Source: Marsupella aquatica (lineage: Eukaryota > Plantae > Marchantiophyta). From it: DNA of 64,000 bases. This document shows positions 51,394 through 64,000 of the stretch, in pieces (position 1 is the first letter of the stretch; every line of letters starts with the position of its first letter). The notes beneath the pieces were generated by a model. The model ran no database searches. It had not been told where the DNA came from and saw only the letters and a list, made by a program, of their open reading frames with translations. The translations under genes were made by a program, and so were the position numbers. The stretch lies in contig OZ316894.1 of NCBI GenBank assembly GCA_973895155.1, positions 26,025,240-26,089,239 of the forward strand. The letters are read 5' to 3'.

Positions 51394-54300
51394 TCAATCA
51401 ATCTTGCGGAAAAGAAAGAGTTGACCTCGACTCCCTCGATTAATCCGCAAATGATCATCAACATAAGCAACAGCCCATTCTGCAGTACGCTGCAAAGGTG
51501 GAGGTAAGGATAAACTGAACTGCGGGATATCATCGCTCATTTTGTTACCCAGAACTTCTACTGGACGTGCAGAGAATGTGTGAAATGACACCAGAGCTCC
51601 TTGACCGTCTTTCAAATTCTCCCAACTGCCTTCCACAGCCACTCGAAACACTCCTAATGGGCCAAGCCTGTAAAGGGAATGTAAATTCAAAAAATCGATC
51701 AGAACCCATGAGTTAAATCTTTACAAGACAAGTAAGATTCTTTCAGGTAACATTGAAAAACTTCTCTTTAAAATGCCTATCTTTTCTGGGTTTTTACTTG
51801 GTAACAACAGGAACTTCCAACTCGAGGAGGACAGGTTAAAAAACGAGAGGGGAGATAACAAACCTGACTTCCGCTGTGTTGCGAGCGAGTAACGGAGAAG
51901 GCGAGGGTATGTCCTTATCAGCCGTTAATGACATGATGCTGGATGCCTGCCAAACCTTCTGACGAGGATTATCCAGTCCAAACCCAGGAAATTGAGGAAA
52001 TTCTTGTGGACCACTTGCAGCAGAGGTCTCAGATACATAACTGCATTAACCATTTGAGAAAACGGTCATACTGAAGTACAATGATTGAGATATTACGCAA
52101 TTCATCCGAAAAGTGTACGTCGCTCGAAAGACTGACAACCAAATAAAACTCTATGCAATATTAACGATCTATCCTACAAATATCAGAGACCTCTACTCTC
52201 TGAGACCCCACTGAAAGCTCGTCAGGGTTGCTTTGTTCCGAAAGGGTTTTTTGTCTAAGCCGGCTATGATGCCTGAAAATGCCCATGAGGACTATTTCTC
52301 GTCACTATCTAATTCCTGCTTGAACAGCCAATTAAGTGTAAAAATTCTACCATGACAATTCGAACATGAGAGCAACCAAGGAGTGAGTGCATACATCAAG
52401 TGCCAATCGCCGTCAACTGTGGGACTCGTTGGAACATATGATAACGCATCATTAGGGGACGTAGATGAAGCCAAACTTGATGCGAGTTCTGGGACCATTA
52501 ATAGTGGGTCTTCAACAGGCTTCAGATCTTCCAGTCTTTCTAGTATTTCTTTGATTCTTCGCCTCATCAATCCAGCTTCTTCCCTGGACCTCGGCGGCTG
52601 CAAAGCTGCCTGCAACCACCAAATTCACAACGGATACTTCTATTAGACTAAAACAAAACCTGAATCTAGATCCCATCTATAATGACAACCACAAATAATG
52701 TTTCAAGTATCCACACAATTCCTATCATCATTAGTCATGAAAACAGATCATTTTTCAACACTAGTCCATTTACGGCTCGACAATGAATTATATGACTGTA
52801 TCCTGTGCCTTTGCAACGAAGCCTGAAAAAGCCTCAAAGTAAAAAAATTCCCTCGCAATCAATTCAAGCTCTGTTCAATTCACACACAGAGCATTGCTAG
52901 TTGCACCTTTCCCAATGAATTAACAGCCTCCAGAAGCGACGCTCTCAGTTCAATTCTCTCCAATTCCCGCCTCACTTTTTCGCCTCTGACCATGGCCTCT
53001 CCACTGAGCTCCTCAAACTTTTCTCGCCCCTCCCTGTAGGAACCAGAGCAGTAGAGTTGGTAAATTGTAGACATCAAGTTAAACTACAGTACTCTATTGA
53101 ATCTAAACATCAATCAAGTTAAACTATAATACTCTATTGCCTGACTCAAACATGCTCCCTGTAAATAGAGAACACAAGAAGAAAGTGCATCAAGACTTCA
53201 ATCAAAGGTTTTCCGCAATCGTTTAGAATCGAATTCACCGTACCGATACTCCCTCTCGTTCTTAGCTTTTAGCCTATTCATTTCCCTGATGACATCAAAC
53301 CACGAAACACAGATCATCCATTTACGTTGGAGGTTACCATTTGGATAATAGCAGAATTATACCACAATATTTATCATATCAGAGGAGGAATACTTCGTAG
53401 GTATGCAAAAACTAATTGTTGAATCACACAATCAATTGTGAAGTAGTTCTAATATTTTGCGTGTAGCACAGGGTCTAAAGAAAATGTCAGTAACAAGATT
53501 CCCTAACAGAAGTAACTTACCACGCCATAGGAAGCACAAGCAAAGGAGTCAATATAAGCCATCTCTCACCAAGAGAGACTAGAGCAGATAATTCAAAAGC
53601 TGCAATCTGCGCATGCCATATTTGTCAGCACCACAGCAAACTATCTTTTGAAAAGCATTATCACCACTTCGAAAAGACACTAGACATGCTTTTGGTTGAG
53701 ACTGCACATAGTTTGTACGACACAGGCAGATACTTAATACTTCAAAGGACAAATGAAAGTGTACCAAGAGCGCTGCACTTGGTGTTAACAGAGATACAGA
53801 GGCTTCTTCAGAAAGTCGAATTTTAAAATTATGTGTAGGCTCAACAAACGTAAATAACTACTAAGAAATGGATCTTACTCTTTCGGCACCACCCTCCAAG
53901 AACGCTGAAATGCTGGCTCCGGCTGACTCTGAAAGAGCGCTGGGGTTGAAGTTAACTAACTGCAACATGTTCACGGCAAGGTAGCCGTGAGCTCAAACTT
54001 TTCTCTGGTTCCAGTTCCAATCCACAGCAGCTAGAGTCTGACAACCACCGTAAACGGGATTCTTACCACATCATAAACAGTAGACGTCAAATGCTCGGCT
54101 GCTGTTCTAATTCCATTCTGTAATTCCTGCTGAATGTCCTTCTGCAAACATTACCACAAACCTGTTCAGTTGATGAACCACAAAGACACATATACCCGTA
54201 GACTTCCTAATCCAATAAACACATTCATCCAAAGATCTTGAGTATGTCAGTTCGCTCTACAAGCACTACGTCACTTCAAAATATGAACTGACCTCGCCAC

Positions 54301-55915
54301 TAAGGAGACCTTCCACTTCTTCATCTAATAATTTTGGATCAACCTGTCAAGCAGCAAGCAAACGTTATGAGCTGAAATTTCCGATCTGATTTTATCAAAA
54401 TCTTAAACATAAGTACATCCCCCCACCTCTCATACACCTAATAATGGAATAATAAAAATCACCTCCTCAACTTTTTATGGCATGCAAAAGTTTACGCTCA
54501 CCTATTTCCGCGACCAAGCACAGAGGTAAAACAATGTGCTTCACAGTCTATATAGCTGGCAAGCGCACCACATACAGGACAAAAATCCACACAACGTTCC
54601 CCATACTCCTAAAGCCCTGACTATCACTCTTTCGAACATAAATGGTTGGATTAAATGTCATCCCTCTCTTTACATCGTAAACGTTTTTTCAAGTAAACGT
54701 TGACAATTTGCAGCCATTAAATAGGACGATGCTTCAGAAACGCGGCTTCGTGCTCATTAAACAAAAGACATTTCAAAACCATTTGATACTGTGGAATTAT
54801 GAGAAACTCACAAAAGTTGAGCCGGTCACGACCGTCACTGCTTTGTCCAAAACCTGCAACCCTGCAGTGCCATCAAATCGTACCTGACGGGGCCAGAAAA
54901 CATTCGAGCAGACACAATTTCCGAAAGCATTCGTTAGTCACGAGGAGAAGCCGAACAACAAATTTGTGGGCCAATAAAACTAACTCATCGGCAAATGTTG
55001 GGGGGACATTGCACCATATTTCGCCAGCAGTGAGCCCGGGGGGAAAATGGTCTGGCCGCATTCAAAGAGGGAAGCACGATATATCTTAATTTAGGTCGAA
55101 GCCAGGTAGGCAAGCTCTACAACATAGAGGAAAGATCCATTATCAAACGCTTACCTTGGGTAAAGATTCGGCAGCCTTCTCCAATATGGATGCTGCTTGC
55201 TTCAACTGGATGACAATAGGCAATTCAGATGTCAGCGAAATAGCAAAACTTGTGGAACTCTGCTTCTAAATTTCCACACTCCCAAATGACTTGAGAAATT
55301 TTGGATTTAACTGACCTGACCGAGTTGATCAGCTCTGGCAGCAGAGGATAATGTTAGAGTCGAATTGGTCAATGTAGGTCCAGGAGCGGCTAGCACTAAT
55401 AAACTAACAGCAATGGCCGACAGTATCGACCCGCTCCGCTGGCTGTTCGCACTGACAGCCTCCTCTTTTTGCGGTATTTGCTTATCATCATATTTCAGCA
55501 ATTGAGCCGTTAGTTTTTTCAATGAGTTTAAGCATTTCTCCAAATTTGAGGACGACGATTGGTTTACTGTTTGCTTCCAGAAGTTCCTAGCTGATCTCCA
55601 CCCCGCCAACTGGGATTGGCCTGGACGCAGATGTAATTCGGATAACTTCGTTGAATGAATTGCACCAGAGCTCCCTGTGAACAAAAACGATGTCCTACTT
55701 CCTAGCCGATGTCGTATCCTACTTGTAGTGTCCGAGTCGCCACCGGTTTCATTGGAGCAACTACATCCATCAATGTTTTCAGTTATGGGTCGCAGATGAC
55801 CGGCAGTTCTCGTCCCGACCGCGCACCTTTCGCTGCTGCGCTGTGGTGTCGTAAAACAGGGCCCTGAAAGTATACTCTGCTGGCCGACTCCGGAGAGAGA
55901 AATTGGCGCCTGCAT
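51394..55915 (-). CDS. Plastid lipid-associated protein / PAP-fibrillin domain protein with long N-terminal extension (multi-exon)
   Basis: Exon 1 from the ATG at 55915 is transit-peptide-like. Small helical exons lie at ~55155-55205, 54292-54343, 54067-54142, 53878-53960 and 52907-53035. The fibrillin domain reads IKEILERLEDLKP...VDGDWHLIYVS...WAVAYVDDHLRINRGSRGQLFLFRKID*. Confidence 0.8.
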
Positions 55916-57172
55916 TGCGCAAGCTGTGTCTCACTGCTCAGGACTACACTCCAACGAGTCCTATGCGATACGTTTGAAAGAGCTTCAGGGGCAACCGGGT
56001 CATTCGAAACTTGCATCACTGGGATGGTGGTCAAAACGGAGATCTAGTGCATCCTCTTGGCTGGTTACTCCTCCCTGGTATCTCCATTTAACCAGGAATA
56101 TCTTCTCACGTCTCCTCTCACCTTCGAGATCCACTCCGTCACACTCCCTCTGTCCAGCTCCGAATGCAACGTCTCCAAGTGCTGCAATCCACTGTGTTGA
56201 TGCCAAATTGCGTCACCGTCCCAGAAGGCATCAAATTCGATTCACCACTACTATGATTTTTCTTTAATTTCCTCTCCCACACAGGCAGCAGACCCAAAAG
56301 CCCTTAACCTTCCATCCCAACAAGTCGTCCTCGAGATTGAAAACGATTGAGCCTCGCCTTACTTCCAATTCGTCCGTCGAAATTTCCTCAGTCTTCCCAC
56401 TCCACATAAAGTTCGCCAATACGTCCGGGACCGCGCCTTATTTCGAAGTCGTCTCCCAGTTGTTCTTCGCTCCACCAAGGTAGAAGAACCGATCCGATTT
56501 CGTGAAATGAACAACGGAAAGAAAGAAATGAACCACAAAGCCGACCTCGATATCGAACAATTCAGAAATCAACGTTGCCGAACTAACACCAACACCTCCA
56601 CCGCTACATACTGAAGACGGCAGACACAGACGTATGCGATCGGGAGCAGTCCAAGAGGCTATTCCCAAATTCGCGGTCTATTACCACTCATTGCAGCGAG
56701 ATAGGAAGGCTGTCGTGGTGCGTCCACTGGTGAGGACAGCTTTCATTGCGTAGATAATTCTAGTACAAATGGAGATCCAAGAATGTCGTTCTCGCGCTTA
56801 TCTAGAGCAGGAGAAGGTCGAAACAGGATTTCAAACATGCGATCAAAAAATCTCGGTCTCACTCATCTCCTTCTGAGCCGAGTGCCGACGGAATTGGCAA
56901 AGGCGGAAAGGGCCACGATGGCCCCACCGATAAAGAACACGATGTGCACTTTCGACCGCCTGTTGCAGAGAGTTCCGTGAGTAAGAATGGCCCCACCGCC
57001 ACATCACAATCTGCGATTTCCACCTCCCGCAGAAAGAGGGTGATCCTGTACTGTACTGTGGAGTGTGGCGAGTTGATCAGTTACGTTGTTCACATTTGGG
57101 CGGGGCGGAGTCTCACGCTCCACTCTGGATTGCTGACGTATGCGGTTCCCATGGCGTCCACGTAGCGTCCCC

Positions 57173-57930
57173 GTTCCTTGCTCTAGGGGAGGGCTCAGGC
57201 TCGCATTAAACCACAACTGCACCTAGAAAGATCCTATAAAGAGGTTACCAGGAGGAAGGAGTTTTTTTTTGGTTTTTTTTGTTTTTTGTTTTTATTACCA
57301 GGAGGCAGGAGTTCTCATTATAAAAAATGAATGCTGCAGGTTCCTTGCTCTAGAGGAGGAGGGCTCTGGCTCGCATGAAACCCAAGTGCACCTAGAAAGA
57401 GCCTATAAAGAGGTTACCAGGAGGCAGGAGTTTTTTTTATAGTTTTTATAGTTTTTTGTTTTTATTACCAGGAGGCAGGAGTTCTCATTATAAAAAATGA
57501 ATACTGCAGGTTCCTTGCTCTAGAGGAGGAGGGCTCTGGCTCGCATGAAACCACAAGTGCACCCTAGAAAGAGCCTCTAAAGAGGATACCAGGAGGCAGG
57601 AGTTCTCATTATAAAATGCATACTGTAGATTCCTTGCTCTAGAGGAGGGCTCAGGCTCGCATTAAACCACGAGTGAACCTACTGTAGAAAGAGCCTATAA
57701 AGAGGTTACCAGGAGGCAGGAGTTCTCATTATAAAATGCATAGGTTCCTTGCTCTAGAGGAGGGATAAGGGTTCTCATTATAAAATGCATAGGTTCCTTG
57801 CTCTAGAGGAGAGATCAGGGTACTCATTATAAAATGCAAAGGTTCCTTGCTCTAGAGGAAGGCTCAGGCTCGCATTAAACCACAAGTGCACCTAGTAAGA
57901 GCCTATAAAGAGGTTACCAGGAGCTCTCAT
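57173..57930. repeat. Complex tandem (satellite-like) array with nested units of ~40-180 bp
   Basis: Recurrent GTTCCTTGCTCTAGAGGAGGG, CTCGCAT.AAACCACAAGTGCACCTAGAAAGAGCCTATAAAGAGGTTACCAGGAGG and AGTTCTCATTATAAAA blocks. Confidence 0.9.
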
Positions 57931-58329
57931 TATAAAGTTCAGGAATGGGTTGAGCTCTGCAAAAGATGGTGAGAGCTCCATCTTTTATGGTGAGACACTC
58001 TTCACCACAGGACAAGAATGAAGAGTAGTGAGAGTGAATGGGGATTGTATATGGGCAGGTGTGGTTTAGGTGTGCTTTGGGTGGCCAACACAGGGCTCTA
58101 GTCAGATTTGAGTTGGATATCATCTTCAAGCATCTCTAGTAGTTTACAAGTCCATGACCACTAAACCCGAAACGTAGCCCATCATTTGGAGGCCTAAAGA
58201 TTAGAAAAGACTCCATATTGAAATCAGTCACTAATAGTTCTCTGCAAATTGGTTTTGTGTGAGTATTTATGCTACGAGATGTTTTCTTCTCCTGCTACAA
58301 ACAAGGAAAACTGTATTGCCCTCATAAAT

Positions 58330-58750
58330 GGACATGGATAATGGTGGCTGTCCCAGTCTGGCGATGGTTTGATGGTTTATATCAGTTTCATATTGTCTGG
58401 CAGCAATGGATACCAAGTTCTGTTGTGTCACTGAGATAGTTCCAGGGTTCGCTTTCCGGCTATGACTGCTGCTTTTGGTTGCGTCTCTAGTTATGATTGA
58501 GTTTTGATTGAGGGATGGCTTCCGCCTCGCGGGGTTCCCCCTTCCCTTTCTGATCAGCCTCCTTCTTCTTAGGTGATCCTCCCCTCCATCTCCTCCTCTG
58601 AGTGTGCTCCTTTCTTTCAGACCCCTTATTTTCTTTTTGTTCTTTTCTGTCTTCTCCTCCCAGACAGATGGAGCTTTTCTCCCAGTTCTTTAATAAAGTT
58701 TCTCAGACTGCTGCCCTTTATAAAAAGTAAAATTAAAAAATTAAAAAATT
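58330..58750 (+). mobile_element. Probable LINE 3' end fragment
   Basis: Pyrimidine-rich tract, AATAAAGTTTCT at 58692 and then an A-rich tail, mirroring 44703-44770 (-). Confidence 0.35.
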
Positions 58751-61700
58751 AGGGACTAGCTAGACTACAACCATAGGGACCACCAGGTTTGCACAATAAA
58801 TAAATAATTATTGAGATTTTCAACAAAAAAGGGGTCTAAGTGCCCCCATATAAGCAAACACTTGCTTGCATATGTCATATGTAACAGACTAACGTAACCA
58901 AGTTTGCAGCTTTGGTTAGCCTATCTGCAGCTACAGTTGTTATTCCAAACCTAAGAGTAAATGTCTAACAGGTTTAGTAGCTCTCTTCCTCATCACCAAG
59001 GTAGGGGTAATTGCTGTAAGCTGAATCCTATCCACAACGTCTCTAGATCCCATTTGCCCATCCCTCCGACTTTGAAGGCACAAGAGTATACATGAATGGG
59101 CTTCATACTCTTCACCCAATCGCCGCATGTCACCCAAGATTGATTAAAGACCTAGACTTTACCTGAAATGGGGACCACCTTGATTCACCTGATGATTTTG
59201 TTTTGTGATTACAGTTCACTAGGCCCAAGTGCACCATGCATAACTGCATGATGTGGTTAAGTGCACATAATTCGCTAGGGGATCTGCTTCTTCTCAAAAC
59301 AATTAGCATTTGCCTGTGTAAATGCAGGGAATCTTGCAGTTTGCGCATGAAGGCCTTCACTACAAGACAAATATGTAAGTGACCTACTTCGAGTGTATTG
59401 TGGAAAGTTTAGTCTTTCTGTGTGATACTGAAGCTAGCCCCCATGGACCACAATGTTTGACAAAAGGCCTGGATGGACCAGCACAACAAAGATAAACCAC
59501 AGAAAAAACTTTTTGTTCTCAGATGGCACTCTTTGGTTGTAAAATAATCCACATTTTTGTGGTCAACAGTAAGTTGGTCCATCCACGACGCAAGGTTACA
59601 AGGAGTGGTCTTTCCTTTCTGTGCTCCTTGATCTTGCTTTCTTCCTCTCCTTTCTTTTTTGGAACACTGTACACTATTGATATATATGAAATGAAATTGC
59701 AAGATATATGAATCCACCTTTCAGATTGTCTTATTCATATTTTGTGTCAAGTATTTAAATTTTAATGTGCCTTAACAAGGTGAACATTTGAATTAACTTT
59801 TGGACCCCTTTTAATTTTAAGGAATTTAGAATTTTTTGAATGTATTTGGATCCCCGTGCCTTACCAAGGTGAATCATTTGTATTAATATGATTTTGAATT
59901 AACTTTTGGACCCCTTTTAATTTTAGTGAATTTAGAGTATTTTGAATGTATTTGGCTCCCCTCATAAAGGTTTAATCTTTTCTTTTCAGTCACTCCTTAG
60001 TGAATTCTTTTTTTTCTCATGAGAGTGAAAGAAATGAATTTGAACAATATGCACATCTGGTCTACTAAGTTCCCCTTGTGATTTCCTTTACAAAATTTAT
60101 AGTCTAAATTGAGTTGACTGTTATTACCCAGAAGCAAATGAAAATATATATCTTATGTGCACAACCCTTTAGTACCTTTGTACTTTCTTGGTCATAATAT
60201 TATTTTCTTTGCATGTGTACTTATGTTTTTGTGTGTTATGCCATTCACTTTTAATTAACAGATATTAATTTATTGGCATATATTTTACATGTACCTATTT
60301 CGTTTATCATAAAATAAACTACGTATCACTACAAGATAAAAAAAAATAAGCATGTTCCAGGATGACCATGCTATAATCTAGGATGACTCCATAATCTGTA
60401 AGAGTATTATAATATTAATCACGTCCCAGTTCAAGTTTTTTTAGATCTTTCTACAATACATTTATCAGATTGCCAAATTAAAAAAAGCACCAAACTTGGA
60501 GAGGTGATCGGAGAAGCAGGAATATTGGGGAGAGACAAGGGAAACCCTAGGAGAACCAACGAGGGCACAAAGCCCAAGAGTATCCCAAAGCAAAGAATTA
60601 ATGATGAGGAGAAAACAAAGGGGAAAGTAGGAAGACCAAAGAGCCCAAGAGCAAAAATCCCACTTCTCCCCAACATAGTCAGAAAGAACAAAAAGTGCTA
60701 GTGGGCACCAAATTCAATGAAGATGAGAAAACAGAAGAAACTCCAGGAACACCAAAGGCCTCAAGAGCAAAAGAGCCCACTACTCCCCTAAAATGGCTAA
60801 AAAACAATTAAAAACCCTAGTGTAACGTAGCAAAGCTTCATAGTTATGGATGATGGCTTTTGGCCATAACATTTTCACTGGGTTATGTAAAAGAATTTAT
60901 GTAAACTCCATTTTCATGGAGTACGACCAATCTTTACTTACTGGGTTATGTAAAAGAATTTATTTTTTCCACTAGCCTCTACAATAATTGATGGCCATGG
61001 GGTATGACCAATCTTTACAGCAAAAAGTTATGGATTGTGAATGATAGTCCATAACTTTTTCTATCAGTGATTTTAAGTACTAAAGCTAAGTTCCAATCAA
61101 ATTTTGAGGCTTGAGACCCCCTAGTGAGCATCAAATTGAGTAAAGCGACTGTAGCTCCGAATGGGGTTAGCTCTGGAGTAGTGCAGGCAGGCGTAGATGT
61201 TTCTTCGCTGCTGAAGAGTTTTGGACAACGTTCTCGAGAGTTTCTTTGGGTTGATGGTGGATTTACCCAGAGACAAGGTTGAAGAGTTGCGTGTCACGAA
61301 ATCGCATGCAAAGGCGTCGACTAGCCAAGGAAGATCGTGTGGGCTCAGTATTTGTTCCGGAGCAAGAGGAGAGAGGGTTTTATTGATGGTCAGCTGCTGA
61401 CCATCAAGGCCCCACCACGTGGTCAACGCCCTTGGGTCTCCTCTCAAGCTGAGTCGTTGGCATAGTAAGCTGCGGATGCATTGCAGTAGATACTGGAGCT
61501 GGCCAAGCGGAAGATGTAACTGAGTGGATATACATGGCGAGGAGTTTTCTGGACGGCACAAATGACTGAGAGGCTCCCGAAAACCCCCAATTGCTCTTAG
61601 TTTCTGAGTCCCTTGCAAGGTTTCCAGCCGATTTTTTAAATCCCCAGTGCTTTCTTCTCGACGGTGGTGAGGTATTTCGTGGGAATTGTGTGTCCTCTAA

Positions 61701-62190
61701 ATGACCAGAGGAATTAGGGTTTCTCTTCAATTTTGGAACCCTTCATACGTGAGCATTCCTTGTTTTTGAAATTGTCGTTCAATCTTTGAGTCGGCCATTA
61801 CCGAGGTCAGATCCTGCCTCTAGTTTGTAAGCTTCATAGAATTGGTTACGTTTCCTTATTCCATTCCCTCTAGCATTTCCATCTCCTTTCCCTTCAATTC
61901 CTTGCAAACTCCGAGCAATTCAATGTGCAAATTCTTTTTACCTCTCTGTAACTTCCCCTTTTAGAGTCTCCGTCCGCCTCACTTTCGATTCCTTGCAAAA
62001 CTACAAAAGTACCTGTCTTTCTGCCTCTTTTGTCACTGGGAGTGTGGATCTCTGGGCGACTTCAATTGATTCAGTTATAGATAACTGCGGTTCCTTCGTA
62101 GGGGCTTTGATGGAAAGGGCCTCTGCCGGAAGCCAGAGACAATATTTTGGATTTTGACAACAGTTCCACAGGTCGGCGGTGGAGGCAAGC

Positions 62191-64000
62191 ATGGTTTGGG
62201 ATCTTGTAGTCTGGCTTTCGTCCTTCCTGGTGGTGGGGGGCCTTCTAGGTATAGTTGTTTATCAGGTGAGAACCTTGACATATCGCATAGATTATTGAGT
62301 CAATTACCTGCAACTCTGAATACTTTTTCTTATTGTTGAGGACCACGCTGAGTCATCTTTTGTTTGTTTTACGTTTGTACATCTCTTTGGAATGGTTTGC
62401 TCATCCACAGTGTGGGGAACTCTGTTGTGCTCAGCTGATGTGCCTATCCGACTTGGAGTTTGACTACGTTAATCCTTTTGAAGCTGCATCTCGGATCAAT
62501 ATGTTGGTCATCCCAGAGTTTGGGCTCCAAGGATGTCTCAGTGTATTTCTCCTCCTAACTGGACACTGGGTTATGTTTTTGATCAACACTCCTATTATCT
62601 ACTACCATAGCAACTTGTAAGTGTTCCACCAAATTTACTATTTCAACAGAATCAGTATACTAAGCTCAGCAGCTGGGGCTGATCTTTGAGATCAAACGCC
62701 TTTGATGCAGTGCCTTGTTTTCGTTGAACTGCAGGTCAGCTTGTATTTGGATATCATTATTTCTGATAATGTACCACCCCTGTTGTCGAACTGGAGAGTT
62801 CCTGCTTTTGTGTGAAGAAATACTCTTGCTGGCGCCCGTTTTGTTGTTCTGATTCGTTGATGGGGCTGTGCACAGGTATCTCAATAAATCATACCAAGTG
62901 GATGTCACTGAAATTTTCCGCGATCTCGGCAGCGAGCGGAAGTTGCGGTTAATAAAGTTGGCATTTTATCTGATACTCTTCTTCCTAATTATCTACAAGT
63001 ATGTTTTTCTGTTTCCTATATGGTTCTCTCTCATAGTGTATAGGTACTATGAATCTACCAGCTAGTCGTGGGTGATGACAGAAGCCTCTGGAGGCTAACA
63101 GTAGCAATCACACTTGCAAGCTGTCGAAGGGAATTGAAAACCTATCAGAAGATCTGGTTTATTTGGAAGATAGATATGTTCTTGCCTTTGGGAACTTCTT
63201 CATCTCCACGGGCACCGTCTCTGTATTAGGTTCACATACGTGCAGGACCTCTGTGTCAGTATTCTTTTATTTATTCTCTCCCCAATCTCCATGGTTAGTA
63301 GTCGAGGACAGGAATCAATTGCACTCATTCTCTTCATTTTGTGAGGTTAGAAACGTGGAACAGATATTGGTGAGTCCATGGGAAGGGGCTGCGAGGTCTC
63401 TCATTTGTATGGGACAATGAAAACGCTGCGCTTTGCAGCCCTTTCATGTCGAAACGGATTGCGGTAGCCGGATCCTTTGAAGGACACTATAGCGCTACTA
63501 GGCTATCCCATACCCAAGTCTTTATTCTTTCCGTGATGCCTTTAGCAAAGCTACTTTCGTGTTCCTTATAGTTCAGGTATGCCGGTCAGTTTTGTACATG
63601 TTTTTTTAATAGAGCATGTAAACATCTTGGGTGCATACGGTCTGTTCCGAGCCCTCTGTCTGGTACATGTGAAAGTAGATTTGGCAATGACGGAAAAGCC
63701 CCCCAGTGCAATGGATCATATGATCTCAATTACCTGAAATGTGGGCCACCTTGATTCACAGGATGGTGCTGTCTGTGATTATTTGACATTCTGCTATATT
63801 GCTGCCTATCCGCGGGTGAGCTTTCTATGTTGGACTTTCTGTGGATAGGAGAGGAACACCTGAAATGATAGAAAGCTCGCTGCCAGCCTCTTTTGGAAAG
63901 CATTGCTGATGTTGTGTTGTGTCTTTGCAGGCTTGTAGTTACAGCGGTACTCCTAATTCTGGAGCATGATTCAGTGTCTGATCCTGGGATTATCAGCATG
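62191..64000 (+). CDS. CNIH: Cornichon homolog (ER cargo receptor), 3'-partial
   Basis: Exon 62191-62265 reads MVWDLVVWLSSFLVVGGLLGIVVYQ. Exon 62435-62616 reads LMCLSDLEFDYVNPFEAASRIN... Exon 62876-62998 reads YLNKSYQVDVTEIFRDL...KLAFYL. Exon 63931 to window end reads LVVTAVLLILEHD..., with the stop beyond the window. Confidence 0.93.

Noticed and set aside
52190-52275. Extra fibrillin exon after a TTTTCAG acceptor-like site
   Set aside because: The flanking exons join in frame without it (..WHLI|YVS..).
57173-57930. CRISPR-like array
   Set aside because: The intervening sequences are themselves repeated, the unit length varies, the context is eukaryotic and there are no cas genes.
60327-61069. 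CACTA element (CACTACAAGA at 60327; ..CAGTG at 61069)
   Set aside because: The ends match poorly, the 3-bp flanks differ (TAT vs ATT) and no transposase is present. At most a relic.
61121-61730. ORFs of 165 and 108 aa upstream of cornichon
   Set aside because: Non-ATG starts and no recognisable motifs. Probably a degenerate repeat or UTR sequence.

Overview
Eukaryotic nuclear DNA with GT-AG introns, most likely from a liverwort or other non-seed land plant. This is inferred from plant-type housekeeping genes combined with a microbial-type terpene synthase and a divergent F-box/kelch and TPR family. Conserved genes are PIG-S (-), a plastid-type ABCF ATPase (+), an intronless MPB2C-like gene (+), a PAP/fibrillin with an unusual long N-terminus (-) and cornichon (+, runs off the window). 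Between MPB2C and the fibrillin lies an accessory block (~30-45 kb). It holds a frameshifted F-box/kelch gene, two copies of a modular TPR-like gene (one decayed, one with a frameshifted first module), a villin pseudogene that no single listed ORF reveals, and an intact, intronless, GC-rich trichodiene-synthase-type MTPSL. Intergenic DNA holds non-autonomous Helitron-like copies, Harbinger and hAT remnants, LINE-like 3' ends, small TIR elements and a satellite that appears built from a MITE terminus. It also holds a 776-bp GC-skewed insertion with an 8-bp target-site duplication, whose empty site is present next door. All identifications come from motif recognition by eye; no searches were run.
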